From Octopus vulgaris (taxonomy: Eukaryota), in assembly GCA_951406725.2 (NCBI GenBank), contig OX597829.1, forward strand, positions 36,022,001 through 36,086,000: 64,000 nt of DNA, in the 5' to 3' direction. How positions within the stretch are numbered: position 1 is the stretch's first letter; every line of letters begins with the position of its first letter. A program made the translations under genes and the position numbers. The notes beneath the pieces were generated by a model, which saw only the letters and a program-made list of their open reading frames with translations, made no database searches and was not told the DNA's origin. Shown piece by piece: positions 45,688-59,812 of the stretch.

Positions 45688-45721
<34 letters not shown>

Positions 45722-45791
45722 TTATATATATCTGTTTGTTTTCTACACCACCTGTCTTCGTCTTTTGTTTTTTTTCGTGAATTCCCCCCCC

Positions 45792-45841
<50 letters not shown>

Positions 45842-46049
45842 GTATGTATGCATACATAGTCATATACACATTTAGATATGCGAGTTGTTTACAGACAAAG
45901 ATGTACACACACACACTCACACGCACACACACGCCTTTTATGTGAATCATATGACTACCCTTTCCATAATTGTCTAAATAATCTTGAATATTTTCAACCC
46001 TAATGATCAAAAATGTTAAAATATTTATGAAATAATAGTTCTTAAGCAC

Positions 46050-46311
46050 ATGCCTGGCTTTGTGGTAAGAATCTTACTTCCTTCGGCATTCGTCCGTCTT
46101 TACGTTCTGAGTTCAAATTCCGCCGAGGTCGCCTCTGCCTTTTTTATCCTTTTGGGGTCGATAAATTAAGCACCAGTTGCGTTCTGGGGTCTATGTAATC
46201 GACTGGATCCCTCCCCCAAGAGTCTTGGGCAAGTGTCTTCTACTATATCCTCGGGCAGACCAAAGCCCTGTGAGTGGATTTTTGGTTGACGAAAATTGAA
46301 AGAAGTACGTC

Positions 46312-46350
<39 letters not shown>

Positions 46351-46530
46351 GTCAGCCCTCCATTGCTGGACAACCGATGTTTACGTCCCGTAACCTAGCG
46401 GTTCGGCAGAAGAAACCGATAAAAATAGTACTAGGCTTACAAGAATAAGTTCTGGGGTCGATTTCTTCGACTGCAAGGCGGTGCTCTATCATGGCCGAAG
46501 TCAAATGGCTGAAACAGGTAAAAGAATAAA
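46050..46530 (+). mobile_element. Composite of a SINE family 2 fragment and a SINE family 1 body/tail
   Basis: 46085-46220 matches family 2 (GAGTTCAAATTCCGCCGAGGTCG...GGGGTCGATAAATTAAG); 46224-46530 matches family 1 from CTTGGGCAAGTGTC onward. Confidence 0.7.
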
Positions 46531-47039
46531 AGAAGAAAAACATCCAATTATATTCATGTATAGTATATTCTTCAAACACACACACACACATTATATTCTG
46601 TAGGTAGGGTAAAATCCAAGGTGTGTCCCCTTGAAGCACATTACTATTTCAGTAATACAGTCTAGTATTTGCTGTCGTTGTTGTATTGATGTGAGGTACA
46701 TTTTAGAGTTTAAAATTTTTTGCAGTGTTAAAACATAACAAAGCAACGAGTTGGAAAATGATTTAGTATTATTTATTAAAAACTAAGTATATTTCATTTT
46801 CTATTAGGAATCACGAAGTTGTAACTATTCAATAATCGAGTAAAAAACTCCGTAGTCGAAATTCTTCGGAAAAAGAATCATAAAATTATTTCATTTCTGA
46901 TAAAGGATTTCTAATAGGAAATTCTATATTCTTCCAGCATGTACAACTTTAGGATTCCTACTAGCAAATGAAACATATGTAACAGTGAATAAATAATACC
47001 ATTTTTTTTATTAGCTTCATGAGTTGTTTCGTATTTATA

Positions 47040-47109
<70 letters not shown>

Positions 47110-47111
<2 letters not shown>

Positions 47112-47258
47112 CATGCTTCCCAACAACATGGTTCCCGGCTCACTCCCAGTGTATTGCACTTTGGGTAGGTGTCTTTTACTATAGCCTCGCGCAACGAAGG
47201 CCTTGTGAGTGAATTTGGGAGTCAGAAACTCAATAAAGGCCACTGTATATATATATGT

Positions 47259-47302
<44 letters not shown>

Positions 47303-47535
47303 GTGTGCGTGTGTGTATGTGCGTGTGTCTTTGTGTCTGTGTTTATCGCCCCACCCACCATAGCTAGACAACTGATGTTGGGGTATTTACGTTCCTATAA
47401 CATAGCGGTTCGGCAAAAGTGATTAATAGAATAAGTATCAGTCTTACAAATAATAATCCCTGGGGACGATTTCTTCGACTAACAGGCGGTACCCCAGCAT
47501 GGCCGCAGTTAAATGATTGAACCAAGTAAAAAAAA
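47110..47535 (+). mobile_element. SINE family 1, diverged copy
   Basis: Head remnant, (TG)n and tail. Confidence 0.75.
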
Positions 47536-47564
47536 TAAAACACTAAACTATATATATATATATG

Positions 47565-47620
<56 letters not shown>

Positions 47621-47706
47621 TATATGTATGTATATATATTTATATATATACACACACACACAATTATATATATTATATATATATGTATATATATACATAT
47701 ATATAT

Positions 47707-47821
<115 letters not shown>

Positions 47822-48025
47822 TTTTTCCTACTAGTAGCCTAGCGTGTAGAAAAATTAGTCAATATACTATAGACTTACTATTCATAGAAATACAGTGTAC
47901 TTTTAAACGTTTTTATTTTTCATTCCCTTCGAAATTTATCCCTAATAGTGGCTTTAGATTTTGGCTATTCCTCCTAGCTTGTCAGATACCCTATGAGGGT
48001 TACCTCTTATGTGTTTAACTGTACA

Positions 48026-48082
<57 letters not shown>

Positions 48083-48100
48083 CATACATACATACATACT

Positions 48101-48143
<43 letters not shown>

Positions 48144-48511
48144 GTATATATATATATATATATATGCATATATGTGTGTATATATATACACATGTATATA
48201 TATTTATGTGTATATGTATATACACACATCTATATATATAGATATATATAAATATATATATATAATATACATACATACATACATACATACGTATATATAC
48301 ATACACACACATACAAGAGTACTCAACTCGATATTGGATTAAAAATTAATTTTGTAACTCGCCTCACAAATATATATAATAACACACACACACACACGTA
48401 TATATATATATATGTGTGTGTGTATGTGTATATATGTATATATATATGCATATATTTATATATTTTTAATTTTATTATATATATAATGCATATATATAAA
48501 TATATATATAT

Positions 48512-48551
<40 letters not shown>

Positions 48552-48564
48552 TTGTATATATATG

Positions 48565-48595
<31 letters not shown>

Positions 48596-48596
48596 T

Positions 48597-48669
<73 letters not shown>

Positions 48670-48752
48670 ATAAGATCGTCAATTTAAAAATTAAATAGGG
48701 ATTTTATAAAGTGGTCAGCATGGAAAAAATAACCTTCAAAGCTAATAATAAT

Positions 48753-48972
48753 TAAAATTATAAATTAGGGATACCACCATGCTGAAAATAGCAGCCATGA
48801 TCTGACTTTAAAACCACCTTAATTGTCCATATATTATTATCCAGTAATTTTTTACTCGTTTCACTTTCTTTTTGTTTTCTCTCCGTGTTGATATATGGAC
48901 AATTAAGGTGGTTTTAAAGTCAGATCTTGGCTGCTATTTTCAGCTTGGTGGTATCTCGTAGATACCCTAATT

Positions 48973-48982
<10 letters not shown>
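48753..48982. repeat. Inverted repeat with ~80-bp arms abutting (TA)n
   Basis: 48753-48834 versus 48891-48982. Confidence 0.9.
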
Positions 48983-49006
<24 letters not shown>

Positions 49007-49516
49007 CCTATACACACATATATGGTGGGGTGCGCATCATTTTCTTAAACGAATCACGCGCTCGCATGTACAGTACATACGTCTACGATAATAATTTTAT
49101 ATATATATACAAGATCGTAGTTTACTACTTTTCTACCCCTGGATCCAAGTGTCCAGGTGTGAGAAGTTAGTAAACTTCGAGTTGTCCCTAGAAGGTATAA
49201 AGAACAATTTGTGCGAACAACAGTACTTTATTGGTTTTCCCATATCGATAAGGTGGAAAAATTATTTTGTAGTTAACGGTTAGCAACTGGGGTTGCTATG
49301 TATGCGAATACACACACACACACACACATATAACACTCAATAACACTATAAAATGGTCAAAACGTTTTTCACAGGAACTTAGTTTGATTTGAAAACCCCA
49401 CTAGAATGGGAGAAAGCGTTAATATATGATCTAAGTTATATGATGTATAAAAACATGTAATATACAAATAAATATCTGTAAATATAAAACCATCCGAATT
49501 TCTGAGTACCTATTTC

Positions 49517-49585
<69 letters not shown>

Positions 49586-49801
49586 CTTCTTATATATACG
49601 GATTGATACAAGTATACATACATACATATACACATATCTACATATCCGTTGAGGAAGACTTTTTGCCATGCAACGACACACTTCTGGATTCTCTCTCGCT
49701 GTCGGTTACATTCAGCAGGTGCCTTCTTCTGTAGCATCGTACCGATCAAATCTTTATGAATAATTTCGTAAGCAGAAACTGTGTGGAAGTAATTTTCGCG
49801 C

Positions 49802-49901
<100 letters not shown>

Positions 49902-50784
49902 GTATGTATAAATGTGTGCATGTATGAATATATAAGTGTTTGTACGTATGTGTATATGTTTGTATGGATGGTAAGGCGTGTGCGTGTGTGTGCGTGTGTG
50001 TTTTACCCACTCCACTGCTTAAGAACGTCGTATTCGTTTTCAGTACCCCAAAACACTGGTTTAGCTATAGTGATTGATACAATATGCATCAGATTGAGAA
50101 ATATTTAATTCTAATATTGGTGTGTTCGACTGAAGTCTTTATACTGATGCTCCAATTTGACCGCAGTCCCATGACTAAAGCAAGTAGAATTCATAACAAT
50201 TAAATATAAGGATCTCTCTCTCTTTCCATCTATATATATATATAACGGGAAGCTTTATGAAAATAAACAAAAGACGAAGGCAGGTGGAATACAAACAAAC
50301 AATTGTATTAGTATGGCGCTCAGGAATATATACACACACATATATATATATATATATATACATGTGTAAATATATATATATATACATATATACGCACATA
50401 CGTAAATATCTACATAAATACATGCACACACACGCACACATAGTCTTTTATTTCTTTTTATAGTCATTTCGATGGTAACCAAGGTGGGGTACCTACCACG
50501 TTAAATGTTTTAGTTGATTAATTTGACCCTAGTAGATCTTTTTTTAAAATTATTTTTGAGCTTTTTGAAGTCGTGTACTCATATACTCGACTCTTTTGCC
50601 GAAAGCACTTGGTCACTGAACTATAGACAAACCATTACTGGTTGTCTGGTAATGGGTGACGACGGACTGCCACATTGTTTCCGCCAACCAAATTTACGCA
50701 TTCGGTATTATTAATCGGGCCGAAGATTAGTAGATGCCTGTCCGTTGTGTCGCGCATTGGGACAAAGCCCGAAAAAATGTTGTT

Positions 50785-50863
<79 letters not shown>

Positions 50864-51407
50864 ACGCGTGCGTGTGTGTCTCTTTTTATATGTGTCTGTA
50901 CATATATCTTTTTCTTTTAAGCATGTCGTATCCATTGCACCATTATTTTATATACTGAAAAAAATATATGCTTATCAGGTCTTTATGTCATTGTTTGATT
51001 TATTTTTTAGATAATGTGAAAATTATAAAATATAAGTGATAAAGACACACACACACATATACACATACGCTTACATACGCATTTACACACACACACACGC
51101 ACACACGCACACACAAACACACACACACACACTTACTCATACCCACACTTTCTTCCACTCACTCATTTATTCACAACGTAGAAAAAATAAATTCAGAAGT
51201 ATGCAAAAGTTTTTCGTAAATTTACAAACAGAAATAATAAGGATCTGCGCATACAAAATAAAAGTTCCTAATATAAATTGTTCTGTAATATTGTTACTGA
51301 TTTTGTTCTTAAGGATAATTTCTCTACTTCGAGTTCCATTTACGAAGCCTCTCAATAAATACATAGAAGCGTATGCATATAAATAAATATATAAATATAC
51401 ACATACG

Positions 51408-51479
<72 letters not shown>

Positions 51480-51792
51480 TACATGTTGTTCATGTGTGTA
51501 TGTGTGTGTACTTACGTAACGCGGAAAATATTCATGACTTGATATTTATGGCAGTTTCACTTTAAAATCTCTTCAAACTCTTAATCTGTTACGCTAACAC
51601 AGGAATTTACAGTCCCTGTTTCTCGGTATTCATAACATTTCCTTTATTTCTCAAAAATATCTCACTAATATACCTAAATACATACATGCATACATAGGTA
51701 CATACGTGCACATATTTGTATGTATTATTCCTGTGTCTGTATATTTTTATATATATATATATATATATATAAAACACATATATATGTATATA

Positions 51793-51835
<43 letters not shown>

Positions 51836-52034
51836 ATTATAACCAGATAGATATACACACGTATATGAGTATATAAGTGAGTATATATGCATGTACCTGT
51901 TTGTGCTCTTATATGTCGGTGTGTATGTGTGAGTATATACTATATATCAATGTCTAAGCACTTTCTGAATATTTCTCTATTAATATTTAATGTTTACCTC
52001 TTAACTACATTTTATGTGAAACAGTATATATGTG

Positions 52035-52074
<40 letters not shown>

Positions 52075-52213
52075 TAAATTAGAGACAAAACCACTATTAT
52101 GCAAATCAAACAATGAAAGACTTAAGCCAATACATAAATTAATTTATATTATTTAGATATGTAACAATTATTAAAAAATATAATTAATATCCACTTTTAC
52201 TTAATAAGGCCCT

Positions 52214-52417
52214 CACGCCGGGCGAAATGCGAAGCCGTATTTCGTCTGCCTTAACGTTCTGAGTTCAAATTCCGCCAAGGTCGACTTTGCCTTTCATCCT
52301 TTCGGGGTCGATAAACTAAGTACCAGTTACGCACTGGGGTCGATGGAATCGACTTAATCTCTTTGTCTGTCCTTGTTTGTCCCCTCTGTGTTTAGCCCCT
52401 TGTGGGTAGTAAAGAAA
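52214..52417 (+). mobile_element. SINE family 2
   Basis: Matches the reverse complement of 54601-54800. Confidence 0.85.
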
Positions 52418-53867
52418 TATATATATATATACATACATACACACACATACATACACACATACATACATACACACATACATACATACATACATACATACAT
52501 ACATACATACATACATACATACATACATACATACATACACAGACAGATAAATACATATGAGTGAGCATGAGCTTGTGTATTGTAATATTCATTCGTAAAA
52601 TACTGTATGCTGTTTTGTCTGGAAAGGATTTACCCATTATATGAAACCATAAACATGTCACTATTTTTGGCACACTTTAAATCTTTAGTGTTTTGTATGA
52701 ACATAATATAATTCTAGCTTCCTGTTTCTATCAAAAAGAAACATTTACCATCATTTTTTTTTTTTTCACAAAAACATATACAAAAGGATTTTCGATAAAT
52801 TTTCCAAAGCGTGGTTCAAACCGTGCGTATAGATACGATGTTCGCTTTGGAATAACTTTGGTTGATTTCCTATCTTAACATATTGCACCTTCTACTATAG
52901 ACTCAGTGTAACCTATTGCTTGTGAGTGAAATTGAGTAGGAAGAATCTATTTGCAAACCCAGTTCATAGAGGGTAAATTTCATCTGTAACCTAGTTAAAC
53001 ATCTTACCTTTGCATAATGCATAGAGTAGCAAATATTCGGACTGTGTACACTGGCCTTGATGTCTTGCTTCTTTAGAAATCTCTCAAATTTAAAGACTCT
53101 GCAAAACATTACAGACAGGTACTCGTCTTCCAACTTTTCAGTATATGATGCAATAGAAATAGTCTTCCGTTTTGGTAGAATTGTAAATTGGCAAAATGTC
53201 TTATTTCCTCAAACTTTTTGTCGTACGGGAAGAAACATGAATTTTTAAAATAAGTTAATAATTTAATCAACTATATCTTCTAGAATTCATGAATGGTGCC
53301 AATCAGCCAAGTGATTGAGGGATCAGAACTTGCCTCTGATACTGTGATGTTTCCGCAGTGAAGAAAATCAACACTTCGGGACAGAAACTACTTTGCTGTA
53401 AACTAAGGAAGCACTGTACAACTGACTAAGTTTGTAAAGCTAAATTCAATTCTTGAACAAGTTCCATTTTGGAAAAAAGGGGCTGATATAGTTTCCATCT
53501 GTGTAACTAATAAAACCAACGATAATCATTGCCAGCCTTATGGATTTTTTATGAATCACTAAATCTTTATTTTGATAGATATAACATTTCTGAATAAGAA
53601 GTAAACTTTCTTGATCGTAAAAAGCCCCAGAAACAAATCATTACACGCAAATCCTCCAGTAACAAATCATCATACGCAAACATAACAATCTATTTACAAA
53701 GCCTCCAGAAGAATGCTTGTTGTGCTAACAAGAGGAGCCAAATCTCATTCTCTTCACGGTTTGCACTTTTAGAAAAGACTTACCAGTTAGATGATCGCAG
53801 CACGATTGTCTTTAATCAAAATACTGCAAGATTAGAGTTAACAGGAGGCAAAACAAAGCAAAACAAA

Positions 53868-53878
53868 TGATAATGATG

Positions 53879-53930
<52 letters not shown>

Positions 53931-53955
53931 CAACAACAACAACAACAACAACGAC

Positions 53956-54031
<76 letters not shown>

Positions 54032-54069
54032 GTAATAATAATAATAGTAATAATAATAATAATAATAAT
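53868..54069. repeat. (TAA)n/(CAA)n compound microsatellite
   Basis: Direct reading. Confidence 0.95.
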
Positions 54070-54600
54070 GAGTTTGAACTCTGTTATTTCCCTCCATGCC
54101 TGAAGTCAGAGTCATTATTCCACCCATTGACCAATGAGAATCACTTCCTTTACACGATATTAAATAGTTTATACTACAGACCCTTTAATGTCTGTCATGC
54201 AGAAATATATCATTTCTACAGTTACACCTTCATAACCCAAACAACTTTGGTGTACACACTTGCAGCATTGTGCTGCTATTAGTAATACTCCAGCATGGCC
54301 TTAATTATAATAGTTAAAGTAGAGAACACTTTATAAGATTGCTCTCATACACGTGTTATGCGATATAGGACAAAGTATAATACATTTATACGCATAAATT
54401 ACTGGATATACAACATTTAACAAATTGTTCAGCTACATTGCAATACTAACGTAAAGGTATATATATATATATATATATAACTACAAAACAAGAAAAGTAA
54501 AATTAAACCTGATTTCCTACAGATAACATGTGTGCGTGAGTGTGTGTGTTTATGTATGCGTATATGTTTGTATGTATGCACGTATGTGTACATATATATA

Positions 54601-54826
54601 TTTCTTTATTACCCACAAGAGGCTAAGCATAGAGGGGACAAACAAGGACAAAGTATTAAGTCGATTATATCGACCCCAGTACTCAACTGGTACTTAATGT
54701 ATCAACCCCTGAAAGGGATGAAAGGCAAAGTCGACCTCGGCGGAATTTGAACTCAGAACGTAACTGCAGACGAAATACGGCTACGCATTTCGCCCGGCGT
54801 GCTAACGTTTCTGCCAGCTCGCCGCC
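54601..54826 (-). mobile_element. tRNA-derived SINE family 2 (Nin/Deu-domain-like), full length
   Basis: Head GGCGGCGAGCTGGCAGAAACGTTAGCACG, B box GAGTTCAAATTCC, central GCCTTTCATCCCTTTC.GGGGT.GATA...AGTACC resembling the Deu/Nin SINE domain. Confidence 0.8.
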
Positions 54827-54847
54827 TTCTTATATGTGTACATATAT

Positions 54848-55185
54848 CTTAGCTCTTAGATCTCCCAGTGCTGTTAGCACAACGGGCAACGAGACTTCTC
54901 TAAGAGACTTCTCTAATTGCTCGCGTTTCTTTTGGCTAACTCCCATCCATGATGTTGTCTACGAACGTTTTGCGCCACATCTTCTTTCGTCTTCTTCTTG
55001 GATTTTCTCCCCTCCCGCCCGGTGTCCATTTTATCATGGTGGTAGCATATCTATAATGCGGTAGCCAAAGCACATGGCCAGTAAACCGTATCCACTGCTT
55101 AGTCACCATGTCCTGCAAACTTCCCATGCCTACTATTCTCGTTACCTTTTTGCTCCTAACTCCTGGTAAGGGATATTCAGGACGG
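54848..55185 (-). mobile_element. RTE-clade LINE 3' fragment
   Basis: IRFTGHVLWLPHYRYATTMIKWTPGGR..PRRRRKKMWRKTF resembles the RTE C-terminus; tail ATCTAAGAGCTAAG. Confidence 0.7.
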
Positions 55186-55266
55186 ACTGTATGCAGCGTC
55201 GATGGAACACGTCCTACGCTTGAGGGATCTTCGCTGTCTTGTGTGTGCGCGCGTGTGTGTGTATGA

Positions 55267-55361
<95 letters not shown>

Positions 55362-58307
55362 TGTGTGTGATATTTCTTCAACAAAATTTCGTAAAGGTCT
55401 CGATGAATTAGAACAATTCATCGAGCCCTTTGCGAATTCCATTTCAGAGCAACGGTTGTTAGATTTTAACAATCATTTGTGTAAACAAACGTCTCGAACG
55501 ATTAATCAACTACAATTTGTTTGCCTGGTGATGATAAAATTGTCCTTACGTATAATTATTCTGTTCATTTTCCCAGAAACATGGATTCACAACAAAATAT
55601 CTATGCATTCATTTTAATATATACACGTACATTATACATGAGATATATTTTTGTAGTGTCGCTCTGAATTTAAACTATTCTATTTCATTGAGCTCGTTAT
55701 TGAAATTCGAAATTTCTGAATTATATATTAAATTCTGACGGCTGAGCAATTTTACTACTCATTTCATTAAACGTGTCGGTTGCTACAAAATTTCGGAGAC
55801 AGATAATTATTTACAAGTATATACATCTGCGGAATTCAAGGATTTCATGATAGTTAGATTCAATATAACGTTAAACGCGTTTCCCATAAAACTTCGCTCG
55901 CTCTTGTTTCGAACAGAATGCCATTAGTTTGCGTTAAAAGAAAAAAAAATTAAAAAGTGATGAATGCTTTCTATTTTCTGTTGTTGTGTAAGTTCTATCA
56001 TACACAAGTTTTTAATGCAGCTTGTAGCGACCATAACGACTAGTTTTTATTTTTCGTCAGTGTTTCAACACCTTAAGACATGATAATGTCTTGTTGAGAA
56101 TTGCATGAAAGCAAAAGTAAATTATAAAACTTTATATGTAGGACTCCTGACAGCTTTTTTGCCTCAAACATCTCTAAACTGCCTTAGTATTGCTATAGAT
56201 TTCTCATTCAATTTAACTTGAAATATAAACAATATCAACATAGGTAGTATAACCTCCCAAGTAAATATCAGTAGGAAAATATTGGAGAGATTAAAGAAAG
56301 TTGTTTAAACGTATACAAAATGCAGTGGAATATATATATATATATATATAGTTTTTCGCTGGAAATCTCGCATAAACTTAACCCAAAACTTTCGTAACTA
56401 TATTTCTTCTCTGATAAATATGGTTTTAAGTTCGTACATTCGTAGAATGTCAATAATTTGGGTTTAATTCCTTTAGTTTGTTTTACTATGTTTTTATTTT
56501 TATTATATTATTTCATTATTCTTATCTTTTACAATGGGTATGTTGCATAGTGTAAGGTATGGGTATATTATGATGAGGCAGCTCTAGTACATAATATTTA
56601 TTTAAAGAACCTCGATAGGTAAAACGCCAGCTGCAACATAGTTGGATTTGATTTCAGCATTTATAGAGTCTGAAACGATTATTGAAATATATCTGGTACT
56701 TATCACCTCGGTTACTTACTGTCATTTTATGCTGCAATAATCATCAATGTTAATTCGCTGAGAATTGCAGATGTTCAAACTTTCGATTCTTTTAAAAGCT
56801 TTACTATAACCATGTGCTGTGCGTGGATAAAGCTTAACGCTGTACAAAGCAGGAACATCGCATAAGCAACACGTGTTTCATTGTGTGCTGTGAGTCGAAT
56901 GAGTTAATAATCTACGAACTTTGTTGTCAATAACTAATATAGTTCAAAATAATTAGCACTAATACGGAAGCTAGTGAATGCGGCTTAATTGTATTTCTAA
57001 AACAGCAGTGAAGGCTATTCGAAAATGAGACTTCCCTTCCCTTGACCTTTTCAGGGTCTGCAAGACTAATGGAATGAAAGCAGGAACTTTCTCCTGACGG
57101 AAATGAGGTTCAGCTGTTATAAAGAGAGCGATGTAGGCAGAAAACACCCAATGTTTACTACTAAATTTTTTAACATTGAATATTTTTGAAAAAATGGTTA
57201 GTAACAGTAATATCTCAAACCATGATAAATTTATTAACATCAACTAATTAATGCATATTATAAATAAATGTTATCTTTATTACCTATATAAACAATTTCG
57301 AGAATAAAGTGTGATGATCCTTGGAATCAAAACTAGCTATGTCTCATTTTCCAGGTAAAATGCTTCAGAAAGACTTAATTTTTACAATCTGCTATTTGAC
57401 GTCATTTGTTCTTAGAAAAATATTTCAAATTTATATCTGAGAAGTGTAGAATGATGACGACAAATGTATCTCTTATGGAGAATGATCTTTAAAAAATCCA
57501 AGAGCAAAGCGAACCTTTCCTTTTGATGTTGGCTTTACAATCAATATTGGTTTTCCAATAACAACTCATAATCCCATGTTTATTAGATTTCACTAGAGAT
57601 TTGTCTGAAATATCTAAGTATGGATGTTTCAGATCCTTCTTCAAAGTCATTCTTCGCAAAACGACTATCCTTTGTTTTCATTATAGAATGGATCAGAGTA
57701 TTACTTTCGCGAGCATGTCTTTAAATAACATCTAAGCCACTTCCCTCTAGAATTTCAATGGAGCATGACCAGTCAACAGAAAAACAAAAAAGAAAAAAAT
57801 AAGGAATTGAACACTATCACTTATCAATTTGTTTTGCGCAAAATCGTGTCATCCAAGGGATGTAAAGTGTTAACATTCTAAGCTTTTAACAATAGAATGT
57901 CGAAATAATATTACAAGATAGGTTCACTTATGTGCTGGGTATTTTATTGTGAAGGTACTAAAGTAGTGTATGTTTTCTTACGCCTTGTTAGTTGCTGCAT
58001 AACTTGAAAGAAAAATATTCCATCCGTGAGATCTAATAGGAGTTCTGCTAAACAGTCATCTGCAGTTATGATGGGTTATTTTATAACTTCTAAGTATTGG
58101 TGTACGAGTCTAGTAAGTAACAGTTGAAATCACCCGTCATTAATATATGCATGAGGAAACAAAGCTGTCAAGTAAGAATGTAACATTCCCTATGCAAACA
58201 CTGAAGGATGCGAGAGATGTCTGTCGTTCTATATAGTATACTATCATCATCATCAACATCGTCATTATTATTATTATCATTATTATTATGACGGTGATGA
58301 TGATGAA

Positions 58308-58487
58308 GACGGCGAGCTGGCAGAATCTTCCGGCTCTTTACGTTCCGAGTTCAGATTCCGCCGAGTTCAACTTTGCCTTTTATATACTTTTGAGGTTGAT
58401 AAAATAAGTACCAGCTGGGCACTGGGACTGATGTAATCAATTAACCCTCCCCACAAAATTGCTGGTCTTATGTCTATATTAGAAAAG
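58308..58487 (+). mobile_element. SINE family 2 variant ending in an (ATT)n tail
   Basis: GGCGAGCTGGCAGAA...GAGTTCAGATTCCGCCGAG...GATAAAATAAGTACCAG, then TTAGAAAAG(ATT)n. Confidence 0.7.
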
Positions 58488-58586
<99 letters not shown>

Positions 58587-58885
58587 TCTTTATCACAGGT
58601 TTTGTGGAGCTTCTGGAGTCTTGCATGTGTAGCATGCTTACTACCTGCAGCCTATGGTACCATGCTATTCGTTCTTTTCAATTATCTAATACTTTCCTGA
58701 TTATTCTCACCGTGCCAAGGAGGCAAACCTTTTGTAACAGTTCTACTAGACATTTTATTCCAATTCTCTTTATATTCCTCCTGATGCCTTCTCATACTGC
58801 TCCCAAGGACCCAACAATAATTGGCACTATCTTCACCATCTTAATTTTCCATAGCCATGCTATTTCATATCTAGCTATCTTTTAG
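58587..58885 (-). mobile_element. Second R4/Dong-like 3' end joined to (TAA)n
   Basis: Minus strand reads YEIAWLWKIKMVKIVPIIVGSLGAV*...ELLQKVCLLGTVRIIRKVLDN*, then a short 3'UTR abutting the TAA array. Confidence 0.75.
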
Positions 58886-58984
58886 CCTTCCTTCTTTACT
58901 ATTTTTGGGTCAAAGGGACGTGCAACATCAACTATATAGCATATGTGGGGCATCTTGTCCATCACCACTAGGTACGGTCTGTTA

Positions 58985-59536
58985 TACTCTAGTACCTGAT
59001 GAGCCCACTATGATAGGAATTATTTCTCTTTTTAGACTCCACATTCGAGTTACCTCTATTTCCTGGTCTTTGTATTTTGAAAGTTTCTCCATTTCTTTTA
59101 GAGAAACATTGTCATCTGTTGGTATTGATACAAAAATTAGAATGCATTTTTTCTTCATGATCTCTGACAACTATATCTGGCCTATTGGCCTTAATTTCTC
59201 TATCTGTATGTATTGGCATGTCCCATAGTATTGTTGCTTTCTCATTTTCTGCGACCTTTTCTGGCGTGTGCTTATACCAACTTTTTTCTGTTGGTATTTC
59301 ATAGTGTTGGCATAGCTTGCAGTGTATGTGGGGCCCAAATCTGTCGTGTCTGTGAATATATTCCTTCTTAGCCAGAACTGGGCTGCCAGAGACAATATCA
59401 ATTATTGTTTCTTGTCCATCTCCACATATTCTACAGTTACTTGTTACGTGTCTTTTCATTATATTTTTGGTAATTCCTGGTGGGGAGGGTTTGTGTCCTC
59501 AGATTCTCAGCCATTGCTGGGATTTTGCTTTGTCTG

Positions 59537-59537
<1 letters not shown>
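58985..59537 (-). mobile_element. R4/Dong-like RLE-type non-LTR retrotransposon fragment
   Basis: CRICGDGQETI..IVSG....KKEYIHRHD zinc-knuckle relic, WYKHTPEKVAENEKATILWD, RPDIVV...VSIP...KEMEKLSKY (restriction-like endonuclease) and PIIVGSSG; one frameshift. Confidence 0.85.
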
Positions 59538-59601
<64 letters not shown>

Positions 59602-59669
59602 CATCATTATTATTATTAATATTATTATTATCATTATTATTATTATTATTATTATTATCATCATCATCA

Positions 59670-59721
<52 letters not shown>

Positions 59722-59744
59722 CATTATTATTATTAATATTATTA

Positions 59745-59812
<68 letters not shown>
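59538..59812. repeat. (TTA)n microsatellite (partner tract at 58488-58586)
   Basis: Direct reading. Confidence 0.95.
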
